From Chrysomallon squamiferum (Eukaryota > Animalia > Mollusca): a stretch of 64,000 nucleotides of DNA. The stretch spans positions 1,798,001 to 1,862,000 of the forward strand of contig CM022674.1 in NCBI GenBank assembly GCA_012295275.1, given 5' to 3'. Of the stretch, positions 35,650 to 60,012 are shown one piece after another. The stretch's first letter is position 1. Every line of letters starts with the position of its first letter. The position numbers and the translations under genes are program-made. The notes below the pieces were generated by a model. That model saw nothing but the letters and a program-made list of their open reading frames with translations. It was not told where the DNA came from and ran no database searches.

Positions 35650-36060
35650 GAATTTCCAACCCTAAAATGCTACGCTAATTCATTATATGTTTAAAAGCAG
35701 TACGACATCAAATATCAGTCTATTTTGTTAGGCAAATTTCTTTTACAGACGAAAATCAAAAAAAAAAAAAAAAAAAAGAAAGAACGAAAGAAAGAAATCG
35801 AAACCGGAAAATAGGTAAATATGAAAACTGAATATTAAAATGAAAAAAAAAAAAATCATAAAAAAAAAGAAAACGGCGACTTACGCTGAATAGATTATTT
35901 AAATGGAACATTTATATCGATCATCTTTCACATTCTGCCATGCGTTTCACGAACAGCACGTGTATTTATTGTTTAATAGCCATCTTAAGTGAACTGGTAG
36001 TGCATGAAAAATAACTGCTTAGGAGCGGCAAACTTATTTGGCAGGCTGCAGTCGATTGGT
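35650..36060 (+). repeat. Dispersed repeat copy 1 (unclassified)
   Basis: Shares atgtttaaaagcag...atatcagt.tattttgttagg and tatttattgttt.atagccat...aagtgaa.tggtagtgc with ~54600-54860, in the same orientation. Confidence 0.65.
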
Positions 36061-36340
36061 ATAAAACACATCTTTATTTGACAATAACAACAACAAAATA
36101 AAAATAAAAAATAACAAAAATGCTTTAGCATTGCTACTAAAATAATCGGACGAGCTTACAATATTAAATACAAAAATCTGAATACTAATTTATATCATCA
36201 TGACTAATAATTATTTATCTTGAATTACTATTTGTCTATTGTCTTAATTTTCTTTTCGTACTTACCTAAGTAAATTAGAAAATAAGAATACAGTAATTAG
36301 TATACATAATAGTTAAAACACAGAGAAAAATAATTTTAAA

Positions 36341-36391
<51 letters not shown>

Positions 36392-37695
36392 CTACGTTAA
36401 GAATACGTGTTTACCTCATAGCGATAAACAAATGTATCATTGTTAGACGACGTAACTTAGCGATTTGTGTTACGTCACAAACTACGTGCACGCTTTTGAT
36501 ACTATTTCAGTATGTACGCCCTGAAACTGATGGGATGAAAATATTTTTTGTTTTACCTAATAAATGGCGTGCAATCGACTGAGTTATTAGAAAATATTAA
36601 TGCATTTAAAAAAATAAAATAAAATAAAAAAAATATTCAATAATTAAAACAAATCAAATGCCTGGTGTGTTTTAAGTATTTTAATAAAGTTAAACTCCTC
36701 TTTATTTTTACAGGGAATATATTGGCTGTCATGGCGGCTCGTGTTAATGCTGGACATATTGGTTGGTTTGACGATTTGACAAGGGAAAGTGGGTTATTCA
36801 GTTTTATATGACAGTGAAACAACAACAACAGCAAACAGAGAGAGAAAAAAAAGGAAACAAAAATGAAGCATAATTACTGTATTGTTTTACAGTGACTAAG
36901 CACAATTAATGGCAAACGTTTAAAAAAGAAAAAATATGGTCTTAGCTTGTCTAATACATTAAGTGTTTTTACTCTGTGTATCAGAGTAATGTTTTTCATT
37001 TTCCTCGCTAATTTTACACCGGTGCTTTTAGATATCGAAGGAAGTTACCCACGCATCATCTTAGACACTAGTTGTTTCCCTTACCGGAAGATAAAGAGGA
37101 TGAAAAAATAAAAATATATATATAAAAAATAAAAAATAAAAATAAAATCAAAGAACAAATGATTCAAACAAACTCGTACAGTTTTCGACAGAAGGTACAA
37201 AATATTCTTTCTTTTCTTTTATTTATTAATATATGAGCTACGATAACATTATTTATATGGTATCTTGTTTTGTAACAGCGTGATGGTTCGTCTTTGTCAG
37301 GTGTCCTGATTTGCCAGGTTGTCGAAGTAAAGAAAAAGATCAAAACAAATATATATATGTATATATAAATGAAACGAAAAGAAACCATTTTGTTAATGAT
37401 ATAAATGTATTGTGGTACCAATTAGTTAACTAAATAAATATATAAATATTTTTCGTGGGATTTTATTATAAATACAATTAATAATAAAATATCGCATATT
37501 TGCCGACAGATTGTGAATCATATTTAAAATAATAAAATATGTAAATAAATATAAGTACTCTCACTGATTTTATCAGTAAAACTGATTATATATTATAATT
37601 TATTTGTTTAATTTTTATTCATTTTCTAATGTCCAAAATGAATTTAAAAAATAATTTTCATACAAATATTTTTTATTAAATTGTATTTATCATTT

Positions 37696-37960
37696 AGAAA
37701 TAATTTGAAAGTACTGAATGTGTTATTATTTCAAAGATATTAGATATATTCATTTGAATTACTGTCATATGATTTAACTAATATCTGTTTTATGATTTAT
37801 TTTATAATATTTATTTATTTATTTTTAAATCATAAACATACTTGTATTTGTAATCATTAAGAAATAATTTGAAAGTACTGAAAGTGTTATTATTTCAAAG
37901 ATTAGAGATATATTCAATATATTTACTGTTGTAAGATTTAACTAATCATTCTTATTATTT
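37696..37960. repeat. Two-copy AT-rich tandem duplication
   Basis: agaaataatttgaaagtactgaa.gtgttattatttcaaaga at ~37696 and ~37860. Confidence 0.7.
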
Positions 37961-38577
37961 AATTTTTAACATTTATTTATTTTTATTATTTTTTATATAA
38001 ATAATACACACATATATATGTACATATCTAGTAATATACATATGGACATTTAAATTATTTTATTTTTTGCAAACAATTCAATATTATTTTCTCTTTTTAT
38101 AGTATGTTACTGTCTTGTTATGGATTCACATTACAGGATTACTTATTTAAGGAAAAAAAAAATTAGGAAAGTAATATATTTAAAAGAAATAATAAAACCA
38201 ATAATATATCAAACAATGTTAATTTCTAACTTTAAGATGTAAACTGTACAAAATTTTAATAATGAATACTTAATCTAAAGTTGTTTATTATTATTATTTG
38301 TAATAGTTCTTTCTTTTTTTCTATTTTTTCTTTTTTATTTGTTTTATTAGTAGCAGTAGTGCTAGTAGTATTAACATCAATGAATTATAAACATTAATAC
38401 TAATCTACATTCACAAATATAAGGAATTATTCAAAAATATATATTTACAGTTTTTTTCTTTGCATTTTCAGCTTTCACAACTATGTTGCCATAACAGAAT
38501 TTAACCCTAGAAGCAAGATGAGGTGACAAGAATGACGATGCTGATAAACTTACTCCCTCCTTGAAATATCTGAGACG

Positions 38578-41204
38578 ATGGAGACTCAAAGGAACTCAAA
38601 TCTGAGCACCATGACACCATCGACAGATCAAAATCTAAATAACATCGACTTACCAAAATTACGAGACGACTGGTCATCAAATGGACAGGTGACCAGAGAG
38701 AAGTCATCACAAACTAAGATAGCGTTTAAAAAAAAACAAAGTTCATCACCACTAGCTGGAAAAAAACCTTATCCGCAGATGAAAAACAAACATCATCATC
38801 ATCATCATTAAAGAACAATCAGACATTTACGGGTCAGTTGTTATCATCCCACAATATCCGACCATCTCTTCAGGAAGAGCTGGCAGCTTTGAGATCTTTC
38901 AAGATTCCAAATAAAAGAACAGAACTCACACTGCAGGAAAAAGTTGACCTGCTGAACCACAGTGAGGGCAAAAGTCAACGACAGTTGGCTCAAATGTTCC
39001 AAATCGGAAAATCCCAGGTTCAGACCATTTTGAAGAGAAGGACAGACATTCTCAAAGCTTACGAACACAACTGCGTGAGCGACAGGAAAAGGTTCGGCAA
39101 GCGAGCCGAAAACGATGATGTGAATAAGTTTACCTGGGTGTGGTTCCAGGAGATGTCGAAAACTCGGGGAGTCCAGGTGAACGGGCCGATGCTTCAGGAG
39201 AGGGCGAAGCAGTTCGCCAAACAGCTGGGACGCCACGAGTTCAAAGCGTCCAATGGATGGCTGGCAAGTTTTCGTAAAAGACACAACATCCTCAGTTCCG
39301 AGCAGGGACTGAGCACTCGTGAACCCGCAAAGATATCGTCATGGAAAGACAACCTGAAGAAGACCATGAGCGACTACAGCTACGGCGACGTCTTCTGCTT
39401 GACGGAGATTCACCTCAACTACTCATCTCTGCCTGACAAAGTGAAATCGGCATTCAGCAAACGTAAGGGAGAGAACTCTGAACACTGCATGACCGTGATG
39501 CTGTGGTACAACATGCTTGGCGACTTCGACACTCCAATTGTGATTGGTCAACAGGCGTGGCAGGCTGAGTGTGGGGTGGAGGAGGCAGACATGCCAGTGA
39601 TCTGGAGGTGGAACACAAATGCGTGGGTGTCATCAGAAATATTCCAGGAATGGGCCCGTGCTCTTGATCGAAAGTTCCAGCAACAAGGCAGACGTGTTTT
39701 GTTATTTCTAGAACACACCTCTGTCCACTTCATCGATTTTCATCTCGAGCATGTGAAATTTCTTTTCCACCCATCCAACTCGCTGGAGGCTGTGCCATTC
39801 AACAACGATGTTACTCAGAGGTTTAAATTCTGTTACCTCAAACAGTTGTTACAGTTCGTTACATCTCAGCTCAGTTCTCACCAGGAGAACGTCCTGGCTA
39901 TCGCAAACTGCGTGTCTGTCTTGGAAAGCTGTCTGTGGATCAACCAAGCAGTGGGACAGATTTATCCTTCGGTGGTGAAGAAAGCTTTCTGTAGAAGTCT
40001 CGAAGGATTCGTCAGCTTGTCTGATCTGGAAGTTTCTGAGGACAGCGTCAGTTCCGAGAACGAGACTGAGTCAGTGGATGAGGAGCTGGAGTTTAACACT
40101 CTCGTTGGAATTGTTCTTTCTAGTCTTCATTCGTCCAGTCACACTGGTCCTAGTCAGGGAAATGAGGGGCACTTCGGTTCAAACGGAGACGTGAAGAGCG
40201 AAGTGATGGGAAACTGTGATAGCAAAGTCAGACGGGTGGAGCTGACTCTTCAGGAGAAGGTGGAGTTGCTACGGATACACCACCACAAGGGCAAGACTCA
40301 GAGGCAGCTCGCCAAAATGTTCGGAATTGGAAAGTCTCAGGCTCATTCTATACTGAAGAGAAAAGACGAAATTTTAGACCACTACGAGAACAGTGCCAAT
40401 CTGGCGAGGAAACGAATCTGTCGGAGAGCTGAGAATGACGAAGTGAACAGGCTGACACTGGAGTGGTACACAGAGGTGTCCAAGCTCGCTGACATCCCGA
40501 TCACTGGCCCCATGGTGCAAGAGAAGGCGAAACGGATTGCATCCGAGCTTGGCAGGACCGACTTCAAAGCCTCCAATGGCTGGCTGGATAGTTTCAGGAA
40601 GCGAAACAACATTGTCTTCTTTTTCTCCAAAAGTGCCAATAATTCAGTGTCGGAGGAAAACCTTGAAGAAGTTTCCGTCAGTTTTCCTTCGTCGGTGTCT
40701 TGTGATATTTCTTTTTATGAATCTCGACAACAAAACTCAGACAGTTCGCGCGACCTTCACCAAGATATATCGGAACTGCAGCTGAAGGTCAAAACAGAAC
40801 CTTTTGACTTTCCTGATCAGTCTTCCTCGTCACAGTCCTCTGGTCACTTGAACAAGGAAACCACACCTAGTGACAGTGATGATGAGGATGATAATGATGA
40901 TTCTGACTCTGAATCGGTCAAAAGTAAAGCAGAACTTGGTGAAATGAATCAGACATCTTCAAAACCAACACAGTTTGTTTCTAAGTCAAGGACATCAGAG
41001 AAAAGAGAGTGTGTGGACAAACATCTGTCTCTTTCGGAAACTTCTTCCATTCAGACATTCAACAAAGCCGCAGCAGTAGCCAGAGATCTGAGACTGTTCT
41101 GTGAGGACAAAAACCTGACACAGCTGTCTGTCATGTTGGACTTCATAGAGAAACAGTTAAAAATCAGACGTACAGAGGCCAGGGCACACAAAAAACTCAC
41201 TTAG
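38578..41204 (+). CDS. Domesticated pogo/Tigger (TIGD/CENP-B-like) protein with two bipartite HTH DNA-binding modules flanking an inactive DDE domain
   Basis: 788-codon open frame 38838-41204. Module 1 ~38913-39290 (ELTLQEKV...SQRQLAQMFQIGKSQV...GPMLQERA...FKASNGWLASFRKRHNI). DDE_1-like core ~39380-39990. Module 2 ~40230-40613 (ELTLQEKV...FKASNGWLDSFRKRNNI), then an acidic tail. The likely start ATG at 38578 (acgATGG) is in another frame and joins the main ORF if one A is added in an A-run at 38728-38736 or 38760-38766. Splice acceptor at 38471. No TIRs seen around the ORF. Confidence 0.88.
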
Positions 41205-41212
41205 ACACACAC

Positions 41213-41243
<31 letters not shown>

Positions 41244-43477
41244 CATACATACAGATACATACATAGATAAACTTTGTAATTCACACTTATTCATGCACAC
41301 ACACACAAAGACACACACACACACACACATCTACACACAACTACATAATATATACAGACCCCAATAGATGGCATAATTAAATTCTGAAGAGAGTGAAAAA
41401 TGAAAGTGTGACGTCCATTTTCACTTGAAATACGCAGAGATAATCCACAAAAAAAAAAAAAAAAAAAAAAAAAAACCTATATATATGATGCAGTTTATGT
41501 ATCTATGTATTTATATACTGAATAAAGTTGGGAGGAATTTCACCAACTTGTCATTCTTATAAATCATCTGTATATGAAGATAATATACAGAGAGTCAGCT
41601 TTTTCTCTTTTTATATATTTATTTTATTTTATGTTACTTTATTTTTTAAATATTTACCAAAAAAAATAATAAAAAACCTTTTTTATTTTTTTTTTAGGTT
41701 CACTAATAAATAGAATGAAAAAATGTTCAGGAAATCTTACATTTATTTATTTTAATACCTTTCATCTGCATATTAAGATTTCATTTTTAACCATGTTAGT
41801 TATAGTTACAGATTTAAAATTTGAAAAAGAAAATATATTTTTAAACTTAAATAATACAAAATCAAAATTATTTTGATACCAGTTTTAAACTTTTTCTTTT
41901 GATTACATTCTTAGTTTTTTTTTACAAAAGAAATTAACGTAATCAGTGTTAAAAATAATATTTAAACTTTTATTTAAAACATTATTATCATTATTAACTC
42001 TCATCATTAATAATACTATTACACCAAGCACACAGACACACACCAACACGAGAGAGACAATGAGACAGACAGACAGAGAGACACTTAAAAAATGATTTCA
42101 GTACTTTTCAAAAGGTCGTGATCAAAATACACAAAAATGTTTTAAAATGATAAACAAAAATTTGTCACTTCAAACTTTTATTTCAATTTCTGTGCACCTT
42201 GTAAATATAAGTTGTATAGAATGAACAAGAAAACAAAATAACAATATATCAACATCTGATTTGTCGTAGATACAAACAAAAATATATATTTTGGAATTAC
42301 CAGATTTTGTTACAAAAAAATAACCAACAATATTAGTTGTGAATTATACAAATAAATACTTAATAATTAAGAAACTAATTTTTAATTTACATTATTGATA
42401 ATTACTGTACAATTTTAATATAAATATTTAATTATATGATGCCAGATTCCGCCATAATAATTATTTATCTAGTATCTTTAATAATTATTAAAAATAATAT
42501 AAAATAATTATTTAACAGAATACCACAGTTCATAAACATAACAAGTATTTTATTGTTTTTTATTTTACAAAAACAAAAATAAAAAGACAATAACAAAAAT
42601 ATGTTTAAACAAAATGACACTGACCTTACAAAAACAAAATATTAGTAAAGATGCTTTCACACTAAACAACAAAGTGTACCAAGTCCCAGTACACCCAAAT
42701 AAACCAATGAGAAGAGTTAAATTGTAAAAACTTTAAACCAGATCTTAAGTCACATTTAGTCTGACTGGAGAGAGGAATATTTTCACATTCCTGATTTGAA
42801 AAGCTTAATTTTGCTACTTCATTCCTACAGGTATCATTTACAGTTCCAGAGATAGGTCCTGACAAATTGGAGGGTTTATTCTAGCATCCAGCAAATTACA
42901 ATTTACATAAAAACCTCTTTAAAAAAAAAAATAAATAACCCAGCTGGATCAAAGAGATGAGATACAATATTAAACCACATTTTGCAAAAATATCAAAATA
43001 AGAAATGTTTTGAGTCATTCCACTACTGTTGGCCAAAGCTTAACACCTGACTCTATGACTTAAGACCTGAGTCAATGTGAGGGGTCACATGACTATGCTC
43101 TCAACTAATCAGAATGCACTGAAAGGTAAGAGTTATGTACCTTAGCTTTTCAGCCATCTTCGTAACATAAAAAAATAGAAAACTGTTTTGATTATGTTGA
43201 TTCTGCATATAATATGTAACAAATCATTAAAGGCACTTTATGTAGATGTTAATTCACAGAAAAATAAAAACAGATGAATTTGTATTTTGTTAAAAAGACA
43301 AAAACATAAATGCAGAACATAAAGAGATCAAACACTTTTTAAGAGTATCACATATAATATCAATAAGATGTATAAATATAAAAATTTAAATGTAATGCCC
43401 TTTATTTGAATTATACATAGAAAACATCAAGCCTTTATCAGAATGATTATACGCGCTGCCTTATTTGTATTGAATTA

Positions 43478-43965
43478 CAGTGGAATGAACACCTCGAAGC
43501 ACAAACAAATCATGATCTTGGGCAATTATTGTCTCAAATAATGTCCCAAGTTACAAACTACAGCAATGTGCCATGACAAGCTTTCTTTTGATGTCGGTTT
43601 TGACATCAACATCTAGTAAAGATATAAGACTAGATGCTTACGTCAAAACCGAGGTCAAAATAAGGATTATAGGCATGCCCTATAGCAAATATATATATCA
43701 TGAATTACACAGTTGCAGCTCAATAGCATTTGCTATCCCATTTTTTAAAGTGTTGCTGCTTTTATGTGTATATATTTTTTATTATACCCTATCCAATATG
43801 GCACTCAAGAAAACAAAAAGTAAAAGCGATAATGCTGGTGGAAAGAAAATAAATGAAAAACATGAGAGTGGCATTCGTTAGTCTGACATTGCTTCGGTTT
43901 ACGTACAATTCGGTTTATGAACCGAGTTCTGGAACAAATTAAGTTTGTAATCCGAGGTTCCACTG
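43478..43965 (+). mobile_element. Tigger/pogo-type MITE (internal deletion derivative)
   Basis: Left end TA|CAGTGGAA(tgaaca)CCTCG and right end gtaatcCGAGGTTCCACTG|tg form inverted termini of the CAGTGGAACCTCG type with a TA target site. Internal ATG GCA CTC AAG AAA ACA AAA (MALKKTK) resembles the basic N-terminus of a Tigger transposase. Confidence 0.65.
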
Positions 43966-44378
43966 TGAAAATAAAGTTATAAAATAACAAATACTTTTAA
44001 ACAATGCATCTGGTTTATATTACTTTATCAGTGTCATTATCATTATTATTATTAATATTATTAACATCTGACAACTTTTTAAAACAATTTCCAATTTTAA
44101 CACATTTTGCACTTTAATTTCTTTTTCAAAACAACAACAAACAACAAAATAGTCACTATATACACACTAATTCATATTCTATTTATATTTAATTGCATCA
44201 CATTCGATCTTTTTTTTTTCAATTATTTAACCATTTTTAATTTTATTAATACAAAAAGAACTAACTTTCCACTGATGTGATATTTTAGTGCTGTTAATAT
44301 TAAGCACCCAAAATACTGTATTTAAAACACAAACTGAGTATCTAACCTCTACAATTATATTATACTGTTTTAAAAACA

Positions 44379-44412
<34 letters not shown>

Positions 44413-44904
44413 TTAACAACACTGATAATAATATCAATTAATAACAACAACAATAACATAATAATAATAACAGAAGCTGTTATTGTAATAAAATGTAAAT
44501 ATTTCTCTTATTGAGCAATTTGTGTAACAATGTCAGTCTTTATGTCATACGTCAAATTATTAGATATATTGTATGCAGCTGCCTGCATCCTATGCATATA
44601 TGCTGTAATATCAAATATAAATGGATTTATATTTAGTCATGAATGTCATTCTACTTATATTCCAAAATAAATAAAGTTTTCTGAAAACATTTTGATCAGA
44701 GAGGCTCAAACTAGCTAATACTCCATGTCTGAACTTATTATACTTTGGTTTTTAATTTCCCTAAAAATCAAGGTATTGAACAAATAACATAATCAAACAT
44801 GAATTAATGTAAACAAAAGCACTAAATGTGAATACAATAAATGTTAATAATAATAATAACAACAATAATAACAATAATAATAATCATAATAATCATAATA
44901 ATAA

Positions 44905-44939
<35 letters not shown>

Positions 44940-45946
44940 TAACAATAATAATAATAATAAGTATATAAACAGGATAAATGTTACTATTTTTGTTTTAACT
45001 TTACAATTCTACAAACTGGAATGTTAAAAACATTTTGCTTATTAATATAGTGGAAATGTTTTAAATAAATAAATGAAATGTAAACAGAAATTTTTAAAAT
45101 ACAATAATGGTCTGAAGTAGATATGATTTTTCAGCTGATATGAATATAATATTAATATCATGTGTGTGTCTGTCTGTCTGCATTTTGGTACAGACAGACA
45201 GACAAAAAAATTAATATATTGCACAGATGTTTTTAAATAAATTTCTATTTATAGTGCATATAGAGTGATATAATCAAATGGCCTAAACTCATTCGGTAAT
45301 ATTAAGAACAATACATTTTTTGTTTTACTATAAATCATTTCTGAAAAAAGAAATATCAAAAACTATTCACAGATTAATGATAGTATAGTCTACTCAATTT
45401 ATGATCATTGTTGTTGTTGTAGGGGTTTTGTCAGTTAGTCTTTTTATATATGCATTACTATACAAAAAAAAAAAAAAAAAAAAAAAAGTATTATATTGAA
45501 AAAGAACGTGCTCCTAATTAATTCATTTATACATTTTCATCAGTCCTAAGACTTTACTATCATTCTTTATTATCTACACCAATAATAAACTTCAAGTATA
45601 TTAAGTACATATTTAGGACATTTCAATATGCCAGTACAGGTAAAAATTTCAAAAATCCTAAAACTTTACTGTCATACATTGTCTCATATTTTGGCCACAT
45701 AAAAAATAAAATTAAAATTAAAATAAATCTTCAAGTATATTAACTACAAATTTAAGCTATTTGAAATACCAGATACAGGTTAATTTTATAATCCATAAAA
45801 CCGTATCACATTTTTTGTGACATGAAAATAATTAAATCTTAAAGTATATTAACTTTGCATTTAGACCATTTCAAAACACCCCAAAAGGTCAAATTTTAAT
45901 AGCTTTTCTTTGTTAGCGATTTTTTTTATTTTTTTTATTTTTTCAG

Positions 45947-53957
<8,011 letters not shown>

Positions 53958-54077
53958 AGTTATTTTCGAGTGTTAAATGTCAATCCCGGTGAACGGCTTT
54001 GACCTTTTTCCGGGGTAATAAAATCTGCTTCCGGTATCAGACCACATATTTTTATTACTATTTTTATTCCTTTACTG

Positions 54078-54147
<70 letters not shown>

Positions 54148-54599
54148 CGTAATTGTTGTATAGCTATCGATGTTGCCATGTGAAAATTATTTTATTTTTC
54201 CGTCTTTAAGAAATTCTTATAAAATATATTACTCTTAAAATGAAAAACCCCTTTCTTTTATTATTAGTGTTCAAGTAAAATTTGGGTAATGAAAATGATG
54301 TGAATAATAATCGTAATAAATAAATAAATAAATGATCATCAGCTTTATCCTAGTTTTGACAGGAAAGACTAAAACATCAAATATTGAAAAAGCAGAACAG
54401 AAAAAGAAAAGACAATCCGAAGATTTCTTTATCTGCATCAAGTTTATGTTGAATATAAACAACAACAACAACAAAACAAAACAAAAAAATAATTTAAAAA
54501 TAGAATTAATAACATTTTTCAGAACTATATTATAAAAATTCGACTTTATTTATTATAGCGGCGGTAGCTACCTTTTGTGGGGTGTTTCCACAATGGCGG

Positions 54600-54860
54600 A
54601 ATTCCCATCCTCAAAATTTTCCGGTAATTTATTACATGTTTAAAAGCAGAATGATGTCAGATATCAGTTTATTTTGTTAGGGGAATTTCATTTAAAAAAA
54701 AAAAAATAAATAAATAAATAAATAAATAAATAAAAATCTTTGATTGAAAATCAGAAAATAGTCCCTGTATTTATTGTTTGATAGCCATTTGAAGTGAAGT
54801 GGTAGTGCTCGATTTGTGCAAAATAACCGGTCATGAACACTCTATATGGTCGTCTGCAGT
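54600..54860 (+). repeat. Dispersed repeat copy 2 (unclassified)
   Basis: Homologous to ~35650-36060. Confidence 0.65.
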
Positions 54861-55329
54861 AGTAAACATCAAAATAATAGAAAAATTACATTCACGAGCA
54901 ACAACGCTTTGCGATTTTCATCTATCAACCGAAATTTGAAACAGGCCTTAAACGATGTTTAACTCTCTAAGTCTACGTCTATTAAATTATTCATAAAAAG
55001 AACATTTTATTAAATAGATAATGCAAATTTGGTCAAGGTATGTCTTGAAATAAGTTTCTGGTGACTTTGAAACGCCATATCTTTTACAGATATTTTGAAA
55101 AGGTTTTTGTTTTTACATTTGGGACTGGTTTTCTTTTAATTGGTGTAGACTACATCTTCATCTGACAAATAAAAATAGAAACTAGAAAAAAACAAAAAAA
55201 TGCTACCGCGTTAATGGCAGGTGGTTAAAAGTCTGCTACATTACGAACATTTGAACCGAATTAACTGCTTAAATATTTAATGTATAATAAGTTATATGGT
55301 TAAATGTGAGAAGAAATCTGGAATGTTAC

Positions 55330-55383
55330 CGTTATCTTGTAATTAAAGCCCTTCCCACCGCATCTTCTTCTTCTTCTGCCCAT
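55330..55383 (-). CDS. Candidate alternative first coding exon of the GLUT gene (MGRRRRRCGGKGFNYKIT)
   Basis: aacATGG start context, 18 codons, ACG|gtaaca donor in phase 0, matching the phase-0 acceptor at 53561. Confidence 0.45.
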
Positions 55384-55782
55384 GTTGAACAGAAGTGAAA
55401 GCGGCACTGCTAAAATTAATTGATCTACGAGAACTCCTGAAGTTATGACGTCGATATAATGACGTAGTAGATTTTCATTTTTTACGTATTTGCTGTGTGT
55501 AAAATGTAAAACAAGGCAAACATTAAGTTGTATTACATTATGCAATGCTATTTATTCAATACATTGTAATACACTATGGCAAATGTACTCTAATTACAAG
55601 AATAATTCTAAATTTGGTTTACACCAAATAATGAATTACGTCCAGTTGTGTAAATGAATAAACAAGTACATTACCTCACTAAGTTTGCTTAGATAATTAG
55701 GAGAGAGATTATTTTTTATTTTTTTCCTGCTACATTTTAGAATATTTTATTTTTTTACTGCTACATTTTATAATATTTTGAA

Positions 55783-55829
<47 letters not shown>

Positions 55830-55940
55830 TCTGTATCACAATAGTCATAGTATGTATGACCCAATGCCAGGCTTTTCGTTTTGGACCTCATTATAACCGG
55901 AAGTTAAAGAGTAAAAAACAAGAGTTATCAGTACTACAAA

Positions 55941-55950
<10 letters not shown>
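55384..55950. promoter_or_regulatory. Probable bidirectional promoter between the GLUT alternative first exon and POLR2D
   Basis: Divergent ATGs ~560 bp apart. ETS-like ACCGGAAGT at ~55896, YY1-like CAAAATGGCC over the POLR2D ATG, and TGACGT half-CRE sites at ~55446 and ~55460. Confidence 0.5.
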
Positions 55951-58980
<3,030 letters not shown>

Positions 58981-59838
58981 AATATCTGTCAGTACTGTTC
59001 CTTGTTTTTTACATCTTTCTTTGTTTTTTGGTTACTTTTGGACACAGACATTTTTCTGACAAGTTGTTTGTTTGAGTTTTGTTTAAGTGTTCAGTATGTT
59101 ACAATGTGGGTTTTTTTTAATTTTTTTATTTCACATTACAGAAATTGTAATGGATTTTGTTGATACAGACTGTTCATACTTCATCACTGATCACACACAC
59201 ACGAACAAAAATGGTTGTAAGCAGCAGTCCCAAGTTCTTGATTAAACATCACACTATTTACTTTTGGTAATACAGGTGGATGTAAATTGAAGAATTACTT
59301 CATGAATATTGTTTTAAATGTTCTTGATGATGCCATTTGGAGTGTATTATCAACATAAACTGCTTTAATTTTTTCATACTTAGAATTTCAGTAATGTTTT
59401 ATTAAGATATATAAAAAAAAAAATTAAGAAAGAAAATATATACAGAAAAAGTTGCTCTGTTAAAAAACGATATATATAAAAAAAAATTAAAAAAGAAAAT
59501 ATATACACTGCTTATCAAGAATGAAATTATTTTTTTTACCTCATTATCATTTTAACTTTTAATCATGCACTCAAAAACAATGAGTGACAGTACAATTTGT
59601 TAAAATGAACACAACATTTTTTTCTAAGTTGTTACTTTGAATTGTTTGAGTAAAGTACTGTATCTTCAAACAAGACACCATTAGAAAATGAATGTTACTA
59701 TCTTGACAAAAATCAAATTGACTACAAATAGTAGTTCTCATATTTTTCATCAGTCGACACATTTTCATTTATTATCAGGCTATTCATTTATCATTAAATC
59801 TCCACATTTGAATAATTGAATGAATCATTGTATTTTGC

Positions 59839-60012
59839 GATTTTGTTAATAAAACTGAAATTTTGTCTTACTTAGTTGCGTTGTTTATACTATATCTTAG
59901 TTATTTTTGGAACTAGGACAGTAGATTTTGTTAACAAAACTGAAACTTTGTCTTGTTTAGTCATGTCGTTTATACTATATCTTAGTTAGTTTTGGAACTA
60001 GAACAGTAGATA
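59839..60012. repeat. ~86-bp tandem duplication
   Basis: gattttgttaa.aaaactgaaa.tttgtctt...tttatactatatcttagtta.ttttggaactag.acagtagat occurs twice. Confidence 0.8.

Noticed and set aside
38838-41204. Active Tigger transposon
   Set aside because: The DDE triad is substituted, no TIRs or TA target duplication are seen, and the ORF follows a host splice acceptor.
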